Part shown: positions 11,601 through 23,600 of the stretch, one piece after another | How the letters are laid out: every line of letters begins with the position of its first letter | Numbering within the stretch: position 1 is the first letter of the stretch | DNA from: Convolutriloba macropyga | Lineage: Eukaryota | DNA: 64,000 nt | Reading direction: 5' to 3' | Assembly (NCBI RefSeq): GCF_964194025.1 | Contig: NC_134474.1 | Coordinates: forward strand, 744,001 to 808,000 | Position numbers and translations under genes: made by a program | The notes under the pieces: generated by a model | What the model saw: the letters and a program-made list of their open reading frames with translations, nothing else | What the model was told of the DNA's origin: nothing | Databases searched by the model: none

Positions 11601-14600
11601 TGTCTTCGTGTTTTGTTTTTCATCTCGGAAATACAGTGGTCTATTTCTTAACTCATTGCTCAAAAATCTAGAAGACCATTGTCCGGTGTCCTCAATCGTT
11701 CAAGCATCGAAAACAATTGTCACAATAATTTTGCTATTGGAAAATTTTTGAGAAGTGTTTGCTATTTTGATGAACTTTTCAAACCGGCTCAGTTGCTAAA
11801 TAGAGCTATTTTGAGTTCGATTACCTAATTTCCATTCATTTCTTACCGTTCTGCAGCAGATATTTTTTGTTTTAAAAAATTGCTTCTAACCGCAGAAAAA
11901 TGATTTTTGTCGGTTATCAACAAAAATATCTGCTGCAGAACAATTGGTTATCAACAAAAAGTTTTTGTTGATAAACAACAACATGTATAAATGTTTTTGA
12001 CCGGTTAGATTTTTAGATCTTGAAAAAAATGGTGCTACCATCAGAAATATGAATTAAATGCTTGCTCGAGCTATAGTAATTGCGTTTTCTTTTGTCTTGC
12101 TTTGTCCATATTGATGGACTGATGTTCTGTTGTTCTCATTGGAAAATAGTCACCTTCATTTTCGTTCACAGAACTGGCATGTGAGATGGAGACGATAATC
12201 GACCCAATCACTGGAAAGAAGATTGTCCGGCCTAAAGGAGGTAGGAGCAGCAACTTTCCCCGAATGTGTTTAATTATATACAAACTTCAAGGTTACATCC
12301 CCAATTTATCTCACTTTGATAGTGTAAATTTATCAGTTTTTGTCGCTATTTCGTTTCTGTATTAACATTGAAAACAATTTTCAACTTTAATGTCATGAAA
12401 TTGAGAAATGTTCTCGTTACCAGGCAAAAACAACTTATCGGTTATCGGTGAGTTAACATATCACTTTTTGGACGCCATTTTTCACAAAGTCAAACTAAAT
12501 GTAGAGAATGAATTGATTTTTCGGAGTTTTTTTCTTTCCCAGTTTAGACCCAACCTTGCAATCATAAAATTCAAAATTATCTCTTCAAATCGGATGTAGA
12601 AAACATGCAGTGATGCTACCTCCAAACTTGAACCCGCCCCCTCCCATAAATTGCACTTCAACGCTATTTTAAAAAATTAAGGGTGAAATCCGGGTCCTAA
12701 AACGGGAAAGAACAACACGTGAGCATGATTTAGTATTCAATAGCACATATTTCATCCCAAAATTTGATCACGTCCTGTTTATAAAAAATTGCATCACTTT
12801 CACCACAATCGTCACTTTTTTCTTCATTTTCATCGTCCAGTTCAAACTTGTTCAACTTTAAAGATGAAATGTTCAAATTCTTCACTCTGATTTCGGGGAT
12901 TTCAGTTTGTTCATTCAATTTGACCGACTGGCCAAAAATGTCTTCATTTGTTTCATCTTTCATAACTCCACCAATCAGACGCATCGTTTTAAGACTCACA
13001 ATTTCATCAGTGCATGATTCATCGCCCTCTTTCGGCAGAAAATTGAACATGGATGGCATTTCGAAACCATGGCTGCAGTTTAGATAATCTGGTATGCAAT
13101 TTTCGTTGAAATATCTTGCTTTGTGCCTCTTGCTGACATAATCGTGTACTTTGAAATTTATGTTGATTTCAGGGTTCAATTTTAGCAAATATTGGGCAAA
13201 CTTTAATACCGGGTAGTCAATAAGAAAGTCGCCCAGCGCTTGGGATAAACTGTGGAAATGGGTACTTTTTATTTTGCTGAAAGCAACTCTTCTTTGTCTG
13301 TAGAATTCCGTTATCTTTGTCAAGTTTTCCTCTAAGCGAGAGTTCTCAGGCAGAAACCGTGAAAACATTGATCTAATGGTCAATTTGTAAAGTTCAAAGT
13401 CATCGTTCAGAAGTTTCTCCGTTTTCTCCTGGCCAATTAAACTCCATAAAAATAGTTCACCTTCGCCGTTAGCCACCGTTATCAGAATTTCTGGAATTTT
13501 TGATAATTTGGATAGAATTTTCGGTTCGCTGGATTTTAAATCGAAGTCGAGATAGGGTACAAATTTCAAAAGATTTCCTTGGGCGGTTAAATACTGTTTC
13601 ATGAACGCATCCGTAGACAGATTTTGGGTGAAATTTGAAATAGCAGATAGTTGAGAGTCGTTATCCGAGGCGGGTTTTTCAGTCGTAAAACCATTTTGGG
13701 TCAGAAATTCTCTGCTTTCTAAAATTGACTTCTGTGCGTCAGTTTCAAATCCAAAATAGCCAAGAGGAGCTGAAAAACAAATTATGATACAAAATCTCAT
13801 TTTAATGATCTTATAAAATAAAAAGTTGAATATTTTTCATGACATTTCGTCAAGTTTTTTTTTGTTTCTATACAAAAATACTGACCTCCACTCATAATGA
13901 TGTACTTTTTGAATAGAAGGCAGGATGGGTAAGGGTTTATCAGGTGATAGCCCACTGATCCACCCCCTACGCTGAACCCACTGAAACAATTTTCATCACA
14001 CTTGTTTTTTTTAGAAAAATATTTAATGTAGATAATCAAATGCAGAACAGTTATCCGCAGAAGTATGTGATCAAAGCACATCGAAGTAAGTAAACAAGCG
14101 GCATTTTTCGGATAATTTGTGCTAACTTTCCAAAACTACAACTGCTTTGTTCTTCATCTGACCTCTAGTAAACTGTAGATGGTTAATTTGTTAATTCTGT
14201 CAGAATATTACAATATGGTTCATTGTCTTACAAGATTTTCTGACAGAATTTTACAGAAATCATCCCGCCTCGTCCCAAGACTCCACTCGTAACCGCTATA
14301 TGTGATTTCTCAAATTCATTCTAAAACTGTCTTAATAAACTTTATTGAACTATTTCCTCTACTGTTTTTTTTTTGACAAAAACTACAGTTTCTGAAAATT
14401 TTCGATAATTAGGGAGGGTTGGCTTTGCAGCCCATTTGTATCAAGCTCGATTGTTGCATTTCATGCCATCGCAACGTACCATAAAGTTATGTTTTCTGTA
14501 TTCCCTCCAAAGAACTCAATATACTTCTGAACCCACTCGAAGGCCAGCTCCTGATCTCGGATTCCAACGTTTGTTTCCACACTCGAACCAGACAACTTTC

Positions 14601-17600
14601 CATCTCTCTTCTCCTCAGTTGGGTGAAAAAATCCCAATATTCCCAGTCTGTAGTTAAAGGTAGCTACAACTATATTCAATGCGGCACTTAATTTTGCCCC
14701 ATTGAAAGGGGGTTCGCATGCAGTGCCCTGTTGAAATGCCCCTCCGTGAACAAATATTAGCACGGGTTTCTTCAAATGAAGGGCTCTTCTCCTCACTAAT
14801 TCTAACTGAATCGCCACATTTTATTCGACGGAGAAAATTTCAGAGAAAACTCTGGTTCGCTGAAGTTGCCTTTTGTGATTTCATTTGTCTGACTTCTCGT
14901 TTTCCGTTTAAAAATTATAAATAATGCCATTTGGATACATCTGCTAAAAAAATAACATTGTTAATTTCCTCTGGTACACATAAGAATAAAAAGCAAATGG
15001 TAAAAGAGGCAATGTAAAATTAAGAAAATAACATTATGTAAAATTATAAAATCTTTAAATTACCTAACTACAAATTTGACCTTACATTAGTAAACAAATG
15101 GCCGAAAATGCGAGCATAAAATGTTCTCACAATTTTATATGTACAACATGGAGATTAAAGAAAAAAAACTAAATTAAAATATAATGCTCTCAATGTCATC
15201 TTTTATATCAGTTACTTATGGGTCCTTCAAAAATTCTTTCCAAAAATATTCTTTCAGTTCTTTTTTAAGGAAGCTTTCGATGTTGTTTTCCGTCTAATAT
15301 TAGAAGGCAGACTATTATAAATTGGAATGGCTTGTGCAATAAAAGAATCAGTTAAAAACTTATTGTTCTTTCTGATATCAAACGTTATTTTTTTGACCTC
15401 TCATGTTGTTTTTTTCTCATGGTAGAGAGAGGTTCAATTTTATATGCTGGAAGATCGTTGCTGAGTAAGCGAAAAAAATATTTTGAGCAATGACATTTCA
15501 AGAGAAAAGAAACTGGTAATATTTTGTTGCAAAGTTTGAGATCTGTAGACCGATCGTATTTTCTCCTATTAAAAATGGTTTTTATTCCCCAGTTCGATTG
15601 TTTTTCTAAAGTTGTGAGTAATGACTCTTGCAACCCTATCAGAATTAGAGCTGAATAATGTAGATGACTTATTACTACTGCATTAAGTAATAAGACTTTC
15701 GTTTTCTCTGGTTAAGTTTTACTTAGTGTATTCAAAACTTTTATTCCACAAGCCATTCTCTGAAGAATCTTTTTCAATTCTCCATCAATTTTTAGTTTGC
15801 TATCAATAATTGCGCCAAGATACTTCACACTACTTGATTTAGCTATTCTTTCATTGTCGACATTCAGAACAGTATTCGTCTGCGTACTGGACGGCCTTGC
15901 ATTACTTTTCTACAATCTTTGCTAAATCGTTGACGTAAGTGTTAAATAATAGAGGTCCTCAAATAGTATCTTGCGGATCTCCTCTTTTCAAATTTATCCA
16001 ATCTGATTCAATTCCATTCAGGACAACTCTTTGCGTTCTTTCACTCGAAACTTTCTTTATTAAATTGATAGCATGTTCTTCAAAACCTATATTTTCAAGT
16101 CTCCGTAACATTATTTTGTGGTTTATAGAATCAAAAGCCTTTGAAAGATCTAAAAACGCACCTGTAACATTTTTTTTCATGTTGAGTTCTAATCTTATTT
16201 GTTCTCTCGATTTCAGGATAGCATCAATTCTTGAAATGTGTTTTCTATAGCCAAATTGACTAAAAGACAAAAGTTGCTCCCGTTCTAGGAAACTTGTGAT
16301 TTGCGAACTGAACGCCTTTTCAAAAATTTTTGACAAAGCAGAAGTGACAGATATAGGCCTATAATTGAGTGGGTCTTCGGGATTTCCTTTTTTGAAGAGT
16401 TGAGTTACACAAGCTTTTTTAAGATCTTCTGGAAATTTTCCTTCTGTAATGAACTGATTAATGAGATAACATAAGGGTTCCGCTAGCGCTGCTTTAGCAT
16501 CTTTTTTTGCCCAGCTGGTATTTTTGAAGGACCGACTGGTTTGCTTGTATTCAATGAATCTATGAGCACAATTGTTTCCTTGGTTGTTATATATTGGAAC
16601 TTGGAACACTTTCTCGGAGCAGATTTAGGAAGAATGTTGTTTGTTTGTTGCAAGTCAATGAACTCCCCTAGAGTAGAAAATCTGTAATTTAGAAGATTTG
16701 CAATTTCCATAAGCTTTGTTATCTTATTACCAAAACTGTTTAATAAAGATTGAATTCTTGTTTGAATCTTTTCTTTATAACGAAGATCTTGAATGAGTTT
16801 CCATCTGGCTTTTTCACTTTTTAACTCCATAAAACTTGAGAGAAGTTGTTTTTCTTTTTGACGAATTTAATCGTTTTTATTTTCATCATCGCTTATTCTT
16901 GAAAACTCTCACATAGCCATTTTTCTTGAAGCAGAAATTTTGTATTGTCTTTTCTAATCTAACAGGCTTTAAATGCAGCATGTAGTGCTAATGTTGTTTC
17001 AATATTTCTTTGAAATTCTTATAACATCATATCTCGCGTCACTGCACCGTAAACGTGTCTCCAGTCTGAATTTTCAATAAAATTTTGGAACGCTATGGCT
17101 AAATAGTTTTTTTTTGTCAAAAAATTTTTTCTTTGTTGTTTTTGATTTTAGCATCACAGATTTAAGAACTGTGATTGTTGCAAAATGATCAGTTTTCAAA
17201 ATTGTATCCGCTACTATGCCTGATTCGTAATCGTCTGTTATGATATAATCGATAAAAGTTGAAGAAGAGTTAGCCCTTGTTGTAGCTGTATCAATATTCG
17301 ATGGTTTAAGATCATATGGAGAAATTACAGATTGTAGCAGATTTCTGTCGCGCTTTGCAAAATAATTTGAGTTGTAGTCTCCAGCAAGTATGACAGATTT
17401 TCTTTCGCCACAGCAAGCTCAATTCCCAGGACCCATTTTTCCAAAAACATCTTTTAAAAATTACTCATTTAGAACAACATCTTCACTATACACTATCATA
17501 TATTCGCCGAAACGTCATTAGACCACGGATACAAAATCAGAAAATGTAGAAACAGATATTGAAAATCAACTGGAAATGTAATTTGATGACCTTGTTTTCT

Positions 17601-20600
17601 TTGCTGAAAAGAGCCCTTATTGTTATTTGCCCCCATAGCTCCCTCGTCTGTCAATCGTCCAGTTGTAATTAGGTTTGAGTCTGACTTACAACTATTGGGC
17701 GAACCAACAGGAATCCAGACATTTATCCAAAGACAATCTTCGCCCTTCCAGCCCGCGTCGAGTTTTTTGACTTCTAAGTCATGATTTTCTTTCGCACATT
17801 CACTATTGCGCATTTCTGTCATTGTTGATTTGTCACTGCATTTAAGTCACTGCATTTAAATTAGAATTCTAAATAAAAGGTTATGAAAAGGTATTCGACG
17901 CGAGGAGTTTCCGGGTTCACTATGCTCAAGTGGGGGGCAGGTGAACGCTGTCAACAAAGTCAATTGTTATATCACATACATCTTGTGAAAAAATTAATTG
18001 TTCTAAACAATCCAAGACACCTTTCTAAGCGTAAAATTTGATGTGCGACATTGTTTATGGACCAATTTCCTCATTTTCAGTCACTATATTCCATCGTTGA
18101 AAATGGTAAATGAATCGTAAAAATGTTGGACATATTTTGTCACCTGATACCACAAAACGCAAATTTATTGAAATTTACCTGTCCGCCCATTGGCCTTGTA
18201 ATGACATCTGTTATGTCGATAACTATCAATAAAAATTTCATATTAAAATTTCATTAACTATCATTAAAAATTTCATAAAAACTTTCATATCTGGAAAACT
18301 GAAATGAACTGTTGAAAATTGATTTATTAAACTGGTGATCTGCTGTTTTATAAACCTAGTCATGGTAACCAAGTTAATTGTTAATTCAAATCACTTTTTG
18401 ATGAAAAAAATTATTAAAAATTGTTCAATTTTGTCCAATTTTTTTAAACTTTGGTCATGAATGTCATAGGAAACTAATTGTGTCAAACCTATTCTTGATT
18501 CCCAAATGTTAATATATTTTTTCACCTGAATAGCAGCTTTTCCATATTTGATTGCTTGATACGGACTCGTAGGGAGTTTCTCTAAAACATCGCATCGCCT
18601 TAACCTCTTTGTACCCACGGGTTGCTCCTGCACATAAGGAATACCAAGGAACTCTGCAACTTCAAAGGTTGCGGGTTCGAGTCCAGGAGGGGTCGAGTCG
18701 CTCGCCTTTGCGATTTGAACCTCTTTTTTGGTTCCTTGAATAACTCCAGCGGGAGTTATTACACAAATTTCAGATGAATGTTGCTTTTCGTTCTCCATTT
18801 TGCAAATAATTCAATGTTCTTTGACGAACAGCAATCTAATTCTGTATTGATCAGTGTTGAACATAACACAGGTTAAGTAATGCATTGTTTTGTTGAGTCA
18901 GCTTCAAACGGTATAGAGCAAATTTGCAATTCTATTCAGTAGAGCTGCAAAACATGTTACGTCTTATAAGAATAGAGTAACGTAAATTTTGGATTGTATT
19001 GTGGAGCCTAAAGAAACAAGAAAATTTTGTCTGATTACAGAGCGTCAAAGGAAAAGGGCGAAGAAAGCAAGCAACAGTTTGTAAAAATGTGACCACGAAG
19101 TGCATGTTTGCAATAAACAACGCTCGCTTACTATTAACATTTTCCTGTGATTGACTCTGCAAATGAATGTATGAAATCATTTAGTTAGGGAAAGATATAT
19201 ATTTCTGAGTTTAGAGCATAAAAGCCGAATTTATTATACTAATGAATATCTTAAATATGGGTTGTTTTTCTTGAAAATTTGCAAAACAATTCTTATCAAT
19301 TATGCAGCATTAAATGCCTAAATTTCTTACGCAAAACAAAATATACTCATCGCTGTGGGATTTACAATTACTCTGGTCAGATCGCCTCAAAAAGTAAAAA
19401 TTCGATTAAAAAATGGTTTATTGCGAAATTCAACCAAGTTTTTTAAGGTTGCTTTAATCTCCTAAATTTATGAGTGTCAGGTTGCAAAAATTATTTCAAT
19501 AAACCAAGAAACTGAAACCAAGATTTCAAAAAAGTTATTAGAAGCCTGTAGGAAATGAAACTATCAAAATTAATTGCGTGTTGCAAGGGGAGTTCTTTGC
19601 GAAAAGTTGATTTTTGTCTTCTAAGTGTGAGGTGCAATTAGAAACGAGAGAACATAATGCTCAATTAGGAACATTAACCTTTTTTAAATAAACTTGAGCA
19701 AATTGAGAAAAATGGGAGTAAAAACTGTCAATAAAGAAGTTTTAACATAGATTAGCTGACAATGGCTTTTCATAGATTTTAGAAACAGCCAACAATTTTT
19801 GTGCGTCTTAGAGTAATACTGGCACAATAAGCCGGTAATTGTGAAATCCTAATCAACAAAACCTTCTAAATAAAAACGTTTTTATCTTTTCACAGAACAG
19901 AGAGAATTCTTGTATCTACGACAAAAAAACATTACTACTATTAAAACCTCAGACTCATATCACCTCGAATCTAACTCATTTATTTGCGAGAAAGAATTTG
20001 AGAGAATTATTACAAAAAGCATTCATTAAGAAAAGAGCAAAATTTTTAATCTTCTTTTTGATGTACAATCAATTTTCTCATTTGATTAGGAAAGACCTAA
20101 TTAGAACGTAAAATCATCACAACTTAAAAAATTTAAATCAAAGATCAAAAATTTTTTACAGATTATGCAATAAAAGTTAACCACTTTTATGCAAATTTTT
20201 TGAACAAATGGATAATAATAAAACGCCATTACTGTAAAACTTGAAACTTATAAAAAAGAGAACAATATGGAAGAGTTATAAATTACTCAAAGTTGTGAAA
20301 AAAATGACTACTACTTTTTCAAAATAAAAAAGAAACCTCATTTTTGATTCGTGAGCTTAAAATAAAGCAAATCTCTTTGTCAATTGAAGTCTGCTTTGCA
20401 CAACAGTTATCCCAGTATGTCTCTTTTGTGTCCTTTTAAAAAAATCTCAAATTGTAAATTAGAATAACCAAGATGTAAAAGTGACATGTTGTAATATTAT
20501 TAATCAAAATTATCATATCTTCCTTTTGAATTTCTAAATAATAACTGAGATTTGCTTTTCTTCAACTATTTTGATAAAAAACAATTGAAGCCTTTAACTT

Positions 20601-23600
20601 TTTTGGTCCATTGGAACTTGTTTTTGTGTTTTTGCTTCTCTTCTCTTAACTTTTTGATTAATTTTCATTCTATTTTTCTTTTCTGAGATCTATTCGTATA
20701 TATTGTTCAAAGCTATGAAAATGTTTACTAACGCAGAGAAGATCAAAGAAAATAATTAAAACTAGCTAATTTTGAAATTAAATTTTCCAGCTTTTTGACA
20801 TGTCCTAGCAATATTGAGTGTGATACCTGTTGAGTGTGATGCAATTGAAATAAGAGCGAAAACGGATTTTTTAAAAAAAAACAGACGGGAAAACAGAGAT
20901 GTAACAGTAAAAGTATGAGTTTCTTGTTTTTAGTTCCTTTTACAATTGAGTGCAAATTTTGTCACCGATCATTAAATTTTCTGCGAATTTCTCCAATTTT
21001 TTGTTGAAACAATTATGTAAGTTTTTTAACACAAAAACTTGTGCTTTCTGCAATTATAGAAGTTATGGTAGATAAATGGGCCAGTCACGGGTGATATTTG
21101 CCTGAATAGATATAGAAGATTTTTCAAATCATAACAGCTCCTCATTCCAGATCTTAAAAGAAAGTGTATCATAAGGTATAAACTTTAATCATACTGTGCA
21201 AATGTCACAGTAGCTGTCCGGTATGCTCTTGCATTTAGCGCAGCGTGAAATATTCCACAAAAAATTGACCTTAAAGATTACGAAATTTTAAATGGTCCAA
21301 CCATTAAACATATGAAAATTTTACTCTCAATAATCAGTTATTTCAAGAAAAAATCAAGAAAGTTTATCCTGAAGTTATTTTATTTAAATGTACAGTTAAT
21401 CAAAGATTTTAAACCAAATTTAAGTTAAGCTATCCAGCAGGAGCTATCAATCGGAAGGATAATCCACACGCTGGCACAGTCACTCTCAGTAGTTGCGATT
21501 CATGGATCTGCGGTAATGTTGCTAGCTCGCGCGCCATGAGAGTCTCAGATGTTTATAGAGAACTTTCAGCTCACCAAATGAATTTGAAGTTTTTCAAAAG
21601 CTTCTAATTGGGGGTCTAGTCATCATCTTTAATCACGAATTTTTATTCTGGCCTGACGAAAGTCGCGAGAATAGAAACATAGATTTCATAAGAAAAATGA
21701 AATGGACTGATCAAAACTAATTCATCAAACTGTTGATATGTTGTTTTGATAAACATAGCCATGTTAGCCAAGTTAATTGTCAGTTCAAAAATACCCAGAA
21801 AAAAGTTTCAGTTAACCACGGCACGATTTAAGTTATTTCTTTCCTTTTTTGAAAGTGCTATATTTTTTCAGGCGTTGGTTTGGGTTTTGAACTGTACGTG
21901 GACCCAGAAACTGGCAAAACTTATCTCAGACCCAGAGACGGTAAGCCATAAGTGAAAGTTGTCGTGACTTGCTTGTGAGAAAGTTGAAATTAGTTTTTTC
22001 TTTCAACTCGCACTAAAAACTGATTGAAACAAAAATTTTGTTGCAATTTTCTGGAAGATATAAGCATGCGAGAAAAATGAAGTATTCGGGATTCATTTAC
22101 AGTAACAGGTTATAATAGTTGATACCTGTATGTGCATGAATGACATCCAATATGAAATATATCCATTTTATCATTAAAGCGTGGAAATATCTGAAAGCTG
22201 GATACAAACTGTTTTGAAGATAGTTTTCAAAGCAGTTAATTTGTAGCAGCTTTTATGTCATACTTATCATACCAAAAGAGCAATTGAATAAAGAATAGAA
22301 AAGATGACGTGATTGGTATAAGCTTTGTTATTAAATTACTAGACAATGGCCGTTATAACTAATATGAATGTATGTAGCCCGACTGTTTTATATCTATAGC
22401 ACTAATCAATCATGCAAAAAATAATTACAACGGGGAAAAAGATAAAACATCTGACAGCCGAAATGTGAGTTGGGAAACATATCGCGCATTTGGTCTTAAC
22501 TAATTTGTTTACATCTTAACTATAACTACTAACCAAACCCACTAACAGAAAAAGAGGAGAAACTGCTGCGTGACCTGGTGATGTTGGTTCGACCTGGTCT
22601 CGGGTTCTACGATGTGGACCCAGAAGACATCTTTGTGGACATGACGAGTGACGACTACAAGATGGAGTATGGCACTATGTCATGGACAGACCAGTTGCAG
22701 TCTATTGGGCAGAAGAACAAGGAGGGAGAACAGGGGAGAGAGGGAATGACAGCTGAGGAAAGGAGGAAGGCTGATGATCAACGTCACCTGGAGGAAAGTT
22801 AGTCATCCTGCTTTGCAAACAACGCCTAAAGTCACACCCCCCCCCCCTCCCACTTGTGACACATGCATATAGGTGAAATCGTTTGAAAAATTATGAACGA
22901 CTTTGCCAGGGACTGTTTTATCACAGGCTGTTTTGTCCAGACAAGGCAATGACAAGTGCTAATGTTCTGAGGCCTTGCATGAATGCAGTCAGTAATAATA
23001 AAGATAGTTTCTCGGTATCTCGTCGGTTGTTTTTGAAAACTCAATTTTTCTTCACCCGATGAAATTTTCCTCTCTTAATTATGATTCCTCCGATTTATTG
23101 AGGAAAATGTATTGATTGAGTTCATTTTGTTTCAGTAATATTTGCGATATCCTACGCCAAGAAAAGTATCATTTTTTCTAACATTTTACACTTTTCACAT
23201 CTTTTTGTTGATTTCGTTCAGTCTTTCACGTGTACCATCCCAATCCACCTTTGAATTTTAGCAGTGATAATGGTATTTATTAATTGTAATGGATAGGAAC
23301 GCCTCCTATTAGTCTCTGCAGAGTTTGTTGCTGCAAAAGTGCTCATCATTTTGTGCACACAAGGGTAAAATCATAAAACTATGTTCATGGGCGAAGTGGA
23401 AGCTGATTTATTATCAAATTAACTTTAAGGAAATTCGACTATGTGTTCTCAAGCTCTAAAACGCAGAAATAGTAGAAAATTTTTTGCAGTTAATTTTTTG
23501 CTTTACATATAAACCCTCGCACCCATTGAAAAGCGTTTGAGGCAAACTTTTTGAAAACTCAACTACTTAAAGTTGCAGCCTCCATCGGTTCACGATTTTT

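Larger units (their letters stand above)
7880..11770. repeat. Degenerate long-period tandem repeat (~3 units of 1.1-1.5 kb)
   Basis: Motifs recur in the same order: GGTG(C/T)GTTAG..TGAG(T/C)AA (~7889, 9200, 10301), CCGAC..TTTACC..GGAACTAA(G/A)G (~8450, 9560, 11160), GACCTCA(A/G)G and ACAAGACT(G/A)TA. Confidence 0.6.

Noticed and set aside
11849-11974. Short imperfect inverted repeats
   Set aside because: Real but small, with no TSD or family evidence; likely repair scars.
17895-17947. GC-rich candidate esterase exon (RSPAPHLSI...)
   Set aside because: No phase-2 donor is available; the 29-nt exon at 18179-18207 solves the frame.
19900-21300. Possible decayed transposon coding remnants (CxxC..CxxC on minus strand near 21200-21245)
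   Set aside because: Too fragmentary, with stops and no diagnostic motif or termini.
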